Part shown: positions 60,649 through 64,000 of the stretch, one piece after another | Numbering within the stretch: position 1 is the first letter of the stretch | How the letters are laid out: each line of letters opens with the position of its first letter | From: an uncultured Pseudomonadota bacterium | Lineage (GTDB): Bacteria > Oederibacteriota > Muellerivitia > Muellerivitales > Muellerivitaceae | Direction: 5' to 3' | NCBI GenBank assembly: GCA_963836235.1 | Contig: CAWIIP010000002.1 | Coordinates: forward strand, 1,792,001 to 1,856,000 | Length of the DNA stretch: 64,000 nt | The notes under the pieces: model-generated | Databases searched by the model: none | Seen by the model: the letters and a program-made list of their open reading frames with translations, nothing else | What the model was told of the DNA's origin: nothing | Made by a program: the position numbers and the translations under genes

Positions 60649-61398
60649 TTGGAAAAAAGAACACATCCAATAGAAAAACTGATAGAGCTGTTTGATGAGA
60701 TTGTCGGAAACGAGATGGGGATAAGCGCCAGCGAAATATGTTATGCGATGTCTTTGATACGGCAGGTATTAGAAATAGAAGATATTTATTCTGAATTTCC
60801 ACTTCTTGCTCTTTATTGCAATTGGTGCCTGCATGTAAAGCTTGATAAATCAAGAGCCAAGGTTTTTCTTGAGAACGTATTCAGCTCTTTTGTTAGGGCC
60901 GAATCTGATAGTAAAAGTATGGGAAGTAAGAAAGCCTTTTATATTTCCTTAAAAATGTCAGAACAACTTTCGGCAAATAAGTTGAAAAAAGAATTTATAA
61001 ATCTTTTTAAGAAAATTGATGTTCCCATAGGCGGTTTTGAAGATTTAGAAAATTGGCATGGTTTCTTCTCCGGAATTCTGAAAATCCTTTTAGGCAATGT
61101 AATTGTTATTCAAGATGTTAAGGCAGTTTTTGAGGAAAGGGTCGATTTGTACGAAGAGGCACTAAGAACTTTGGGCATTAGAGATCGAATACAAACTATA
61201 AATTTTTGGATTGAAAAGAATATTGATGGCGATGCAATTTGGTATTTTCAATTAGATGCAACAATAATTTATAAGGGCAATTTATTTAACCCTGAGAAAA
61301 TTCCACAAGACCTTAAAATAATTACTTTGAGTGATAATACTTGCCGAATTCACGGAGTAAGTGCAACACTTCGCCGGAAGACTTCCGCCGGAGTTTGA
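60649..61398 (+). CDS. AT-rich hypothetical protein; stop codon hit by IS30
   Basis: LYCNWCLH motif; last ~17 codons are IS-derived. Confidence 0.7.
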   Translation: MEKRTHPIEKLIELFDEIVGNEMGISASEICYAMSLIRQVLEIEDIYSEFPLLALYCNWCLHVKLDKSRAKVFLENVFSSFVRAESDSKSMGSKKAFYISLKMSEQLSANKLKKEFINLFKKIDVPIGGFEDLENWHGFFSGILKILLGNVIVIQDVKAVFEERVDLYEEALRTLGIRDRIQTINFWIEKNIDGDAIWYFQLDATIIYKGNLFNPEKIPQDLKIITLSDNTCRIHGVSATLRRKTSAGV

Positions 61399-62397
61399 AA
61401 GCCCAAACATTTTTTGGGCCTGTTATTAAGCCATCTTTCAATGGCTTTGAGCTCTTTGAGAGACACTTTAGCAAGGTCGGTCTTTTTAGGCAAATGGCGG
61501 CGGACAAGACCGATAGTATTTTCCACTGTGCCTTTTTCCCAACTGTGGAAAGGAACGCAGAAAAAGGATTTTGTACCAAGCACATGGTTGGTTTCCAGGT
61601 GGTTGGTGTTTTCGGTTCCGTTGTCGTAGGTCAGGCTCAAACGAGCCTCTTGAGGAAAGCGGCATAAAGAGCGGTTGAGGCTGTGACTCATGTGGGAAGC
61701 GGTTTTTCGTTTCAGCTTTCCCAATTTGGAAAAACGGCTTTGACGCTCGACAAGTGCCCGGAGAGCAACTTTACTTTGACGAGAAACCATCGTGTCCGTT
61801 TCCCAGTGGCCGAACTGCTTGCGTTGGTTGACGACCTTGGGCCTTTTGTCGATGGAAACTCGGCCTGGGATATGGTTTTTGGCGTGCCTGTGGCTGTGAC
61901 CGAAGGTGAGCCGCCGCCGGTGGTGACGGACGAGGCAAGGAATCAGATCAGTGGCCTCAGCGTAAATCCACTGGTAGATGGCTTCGGGGCCAATGGTTTG
62001 CTTAGGCCGCAGGTGGCCTAAACGGCCTGAAATGAGTTCGGGAGACCAGCCTCGTTTCAATTGGCGACGGACGTAGGCACGAATTCGTTTTGTTTTCAGG
62101 CGTAAACGACAAGCCCGTTGTTGGTTGCGGGTCACATACCGTTGATGGGCCCGATGGGACAGATAGTAACCCGAACGGATGGGGGGAGCGTTGCGCTTGA
62201 GTTCCCTGGAGAGGGTGGAAGGAGACCTCTTCAAGGCACGGGAAATGGCCCGAAGGCTGAGGCCCTTTCCCTTCAAGACGGATAAATGATCTCTTTCCTC
62301 AACACTTAAATGCTTGTAGTTCTTTTTCATGGCCGCATATCCTATTGATGCGGCCTTCTTCAGGCACTAAGTGTTGCACTTACTTATGGAACTCGGG
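61344..62397 (-). mobile_element. IS30-family insertion sequence
   Basis: IRs CCGAATTCACGGAGTAAGTGCAACACTT / AAGTGTTGCACTTACTTATGGAACTCGG; CTTG on both flanks. Confidence 0.9.
61350..62330 (-). CDS. IS30-family transposase
   Basis: RSPSTLSRELKRN, WSPELI, GHWETDT, TYDNG.E, WEKGTVEN, LNNRPKKCLGFQTP. Confidence 0.95.
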   Translation of the reverse strand: MKKNYKHLSVEERDHLSVLKGKGLSLRAISRALKRSPSTLSRELKRNAPPIRSGYYLSHRAHQRYVTRNQQRACRLRLKTKRIRAYVRRQLKRGWSPELISGRLGHLRPKQTIGPEAIYQWIYAEATDLIPCLVRHHRRRLTFGHSHRHAKNHIPGRVSIDKRPKVVNQRKQFGHWETDTMVSRQSKVALRALVERQSRFSKLGKLKRKTASHMSHSLNRSLCRFPQEARLSLTYDNGTENTNHLETNHVLGTKSFFCVPFHSWEKGTVENTIGLVRRHLPKKTDLAKVSLKELKAIERWLNNRPKKCLGFQTPAEVFRRSVALTP

Positions 62398-62415
62398 CTT
62401 GAGATTAAGAATTAT

Positions 62416-62859
62416 TTAAGTTTTCGGTTTTGCGTGGCTGACATGGTTGGCGAAGTGCATGGAGTGGAAAACCAGCCATTGCCGCTTGTTGAGAAGGCCC
62501 AGGATGGGATGGCCGCTCAAGGGGCCCTCGAACTTCTCGAAAGCCTCCAAGGCCCTCCGGAAAGCCGCCAGGGCCTCGGCCTCGTTTCCCTCGACGCGGT
62601 CGGAAGGCGGGCCCTTGATGCCCCGGGGGATATAACCCCGAAAAGCGAAGAGACGGTAAAGCAGGGGCCCCACGACACGCTTTTTCCACCAGGGCATGTC
62701 CCGCTTCACGCCTTTCATGTTGCCTTCCATCGACTTGGTCAGGTGGGTGAGGATCTGGTAATAAGACCAGCTGCCGGTGGTTTCCACGGGACCCTGGCTT
62801 AAACGGTCGAGTTCGGCTCGGATATCGGCGAAATTCTTGCAGCGCAGGTCGCGGGGCAT
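62416..62859 (-). CDS. DUF1569 / DinB-like protein
   Basis: WSYYQILTHL, HP..G.L...W..FH..H..HH-like pattern; AAGGAG RBS. Confidence 0.75.
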   Translation of the reverse strand: MPRDLRCKNFADIRAELDRLSQGPVETTGSWSYYQILTHLTKSMEGNMKGVKRDMPWWKKRVVGPLLYRLFAFRGYIPRGIKGPPSDRVEGNEAEALAAFRRALEAFEKFEGPLSGHPILGLLNKRQWLVFHSMHFANHVSHAKPKT

Positions 62860-62882
62860 TTTTCTCCTTTAACAGCACCCTG

Positions 62883-63179
62883 TTAGGAAAGATACCGGGT
62901 GATTTCCAAAGCGCCATGGAAAACGCCCAAGATGTCGATATGGGATGGGGATTTCAAAAGATAAGCGATTCGATAATGGCCGTATAAAAGAATCCTGATT
63001 TCTTCACCAGGGTCGGAACGGTATTTGTGGCCCATTTCGGGAAACTGTCGGAGAAGCTGGGCTTTATCGTAGATTTCCTCAACGACCCTGTTCGCGGCGT
63101 CCGGGTTGTCGGCGGCAATGTAATCGTATATGTCCCGGAGCCACCGTAGTGCTTCCTCCGTCCACCTTATTTCCGCCAT
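62883..63179 (-). CDS. RelE/ParE family toxin
   Basis: IRWTEEA..L..IYDYIA.DNP..FPEMG..YRIAY..GVFHG. Confidence 0.9.
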   Translation of the reverse strand: MAEIRWTEEALRWLRDIYDYIAADNPDAANRVVEEIYDKAQLLRQFPEMGHKYRSDPGEEIRILLYGHYRIAYLLKSPSHIDILGVFHGALEITRYLS

Positions 63180-63352
63180 GTCTGGACCCGACGTTTCATT
63201 TCATCGTCGGAAACCACACGGCCTTCCTTGGAGTCCAACAAGCCCCGTTCAATCATCCGCTCAAAAGCGAGCTCGCGGAGGATTTCATCGTAGGTCGCGT
63301 CCTCAGGCTGGGACTGGATGACCTCGGTCATTTTATCCTTAATGTTTGACAT
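63167..63352 (-). CDS. Putative antitoxin
   Basis: QPEDATYDEI..IERGL.DS.EGR; overlaps toxin start. Confidence 0.8.
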   Translation of the reverse strand: MSNIKDKMTEVIQSQPEDATYDEILRELAFERMIERGLLDSKEGRVVSDDEMKRRVQTWRK

Positions 63353-63469
63353 GGAGCGCCCCCCTTTAGCCCGAATGGATACTGAAAGTTAGAACCGCCT
63401 TATTGTACCTGAGCGAAGGCGCGCTTCCAACAAGGCCCATTTTCGGGGAGTGACTCGCTTTGATTTCAC

Positions 63470-63643
63470 GCTGTCATTGCGAGGAGGTCGTTTTTTGACC
63501 GAGGAAGAAATCCAAAACAGTCCAAAAATTGCAGTTTGTTGAATGCTTTGGATTGTACTTGGTCTTCGACCAAGCATGGTTGGCCAAAGGCCAACTACCA
63601 CAAGCTTGTCGGCCTAAAACCCAGGCCTCCTCGCAATGACGGC
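63470..63643. repeat. Family B palindromic element, copy 2
   Basis: GCTGTCATTGCGAGG..CCTCGCAATGACGGC; internal TGTACTTGG..CCAAGCATG.TTGGCC shared with copy 1. Confidence 0.8.
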
Positions 63644-64000
63644 TATTTAATATTCTCTGAGGGTATAAAGGGTTCCGGGGCCTCTACGCTTTTCGTTTTC
63701 GTCAGTCTGGCCACGAAAAAGCCCTCGATATCCGGCGTGGGCAAAACCCGGATGGACTTTACCACTGCCGGATCGAATTTCAAATCTCCCCAGGCGGAAA
63801 GTCCCCGAGTATGGGAAGGAAGGGCTTGAGAAACTTCCTCCATTCGCAGGGCGTCGCCATAAGTTTCCAAGGCCCAGTTGAGGACCATTTCGTTTTCCTC
63901 GGGGGCGAAGGTGCAGGTGGAATAAACCATGGTCCCGCCGGGCTTCAATGAGAGGAAAGCGGATTTGAAGAGCCGCCGCTGGTCCTTGGCCATCTTACGG
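63643..64000 (-). CDS. RsmB/RsmF (NOL1/NOP2) RNA m5C methyltransferase, 3' part
   Basis: LKPGG.MVYSTCTF.PEENE, EGFFVA; runs off window edge. Confidence 0.88.
   Translation of the reverse strand, partial: RKMAKDQRRLFKSAFLSLKPGGTMVYSTCTFAPEENEMVLNWALETYGDALRMEEVSQALPSHTRGLSAWGDLKFDPAVVKSIRVLPTPDIEGFFVARLTKTKSVEAPEPFIPSENIK

Overview
Bacterial chromosomal window, mostly GC-rich, with an AT-rich patch at ~59.9-61.3 kb. The left end is housekeeping: mdh, cysC, two YfhO-like membrane proteins, an MBL hydrolase, aconitase and copZ-copA. From ~13 to ~49 kb lies a dense region of small stress and envelope genes: a XylR_N/V4R-type sigma54 activator, two PAS hybrid kinases, pirins, rhodaneses, SOD, YceI, porins, DoxX, BON, an ice-binding DUF3494 lipoprotein, LysM, cardiolipin synthase, a nitroreductase and many tiny paralogous proteins. 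The main hidden structure is a repeated cis-regulatory unit. Five copies of a double-palindrome (ATCAAAATGAG-N10/11-ATCATTTTGAT) each sit ~40-120 bp from one or two sigma54 -24/-12 promoters, three of them divergent, with ten GG-N10-GC promoters in all. This suggests the region is one sigma54 regulon. Next comes a ~2 kb nest of transposon relics bounded by a 21-bp direct repeat, including an intact Y1/RAYT-like transposase with 30-bp terminal inverted repeats. After that are a fragmented liv ABC cluster, three families of short palindromic repeats, a low-GC HNH pair, an IS30, a ParE/RelE-type TA pair and a partial RNA m5C methyltransferase. No rRNA, tRNA or CRISPR array was recognised. All product calls come from reading motifs by eye; no database search was run.
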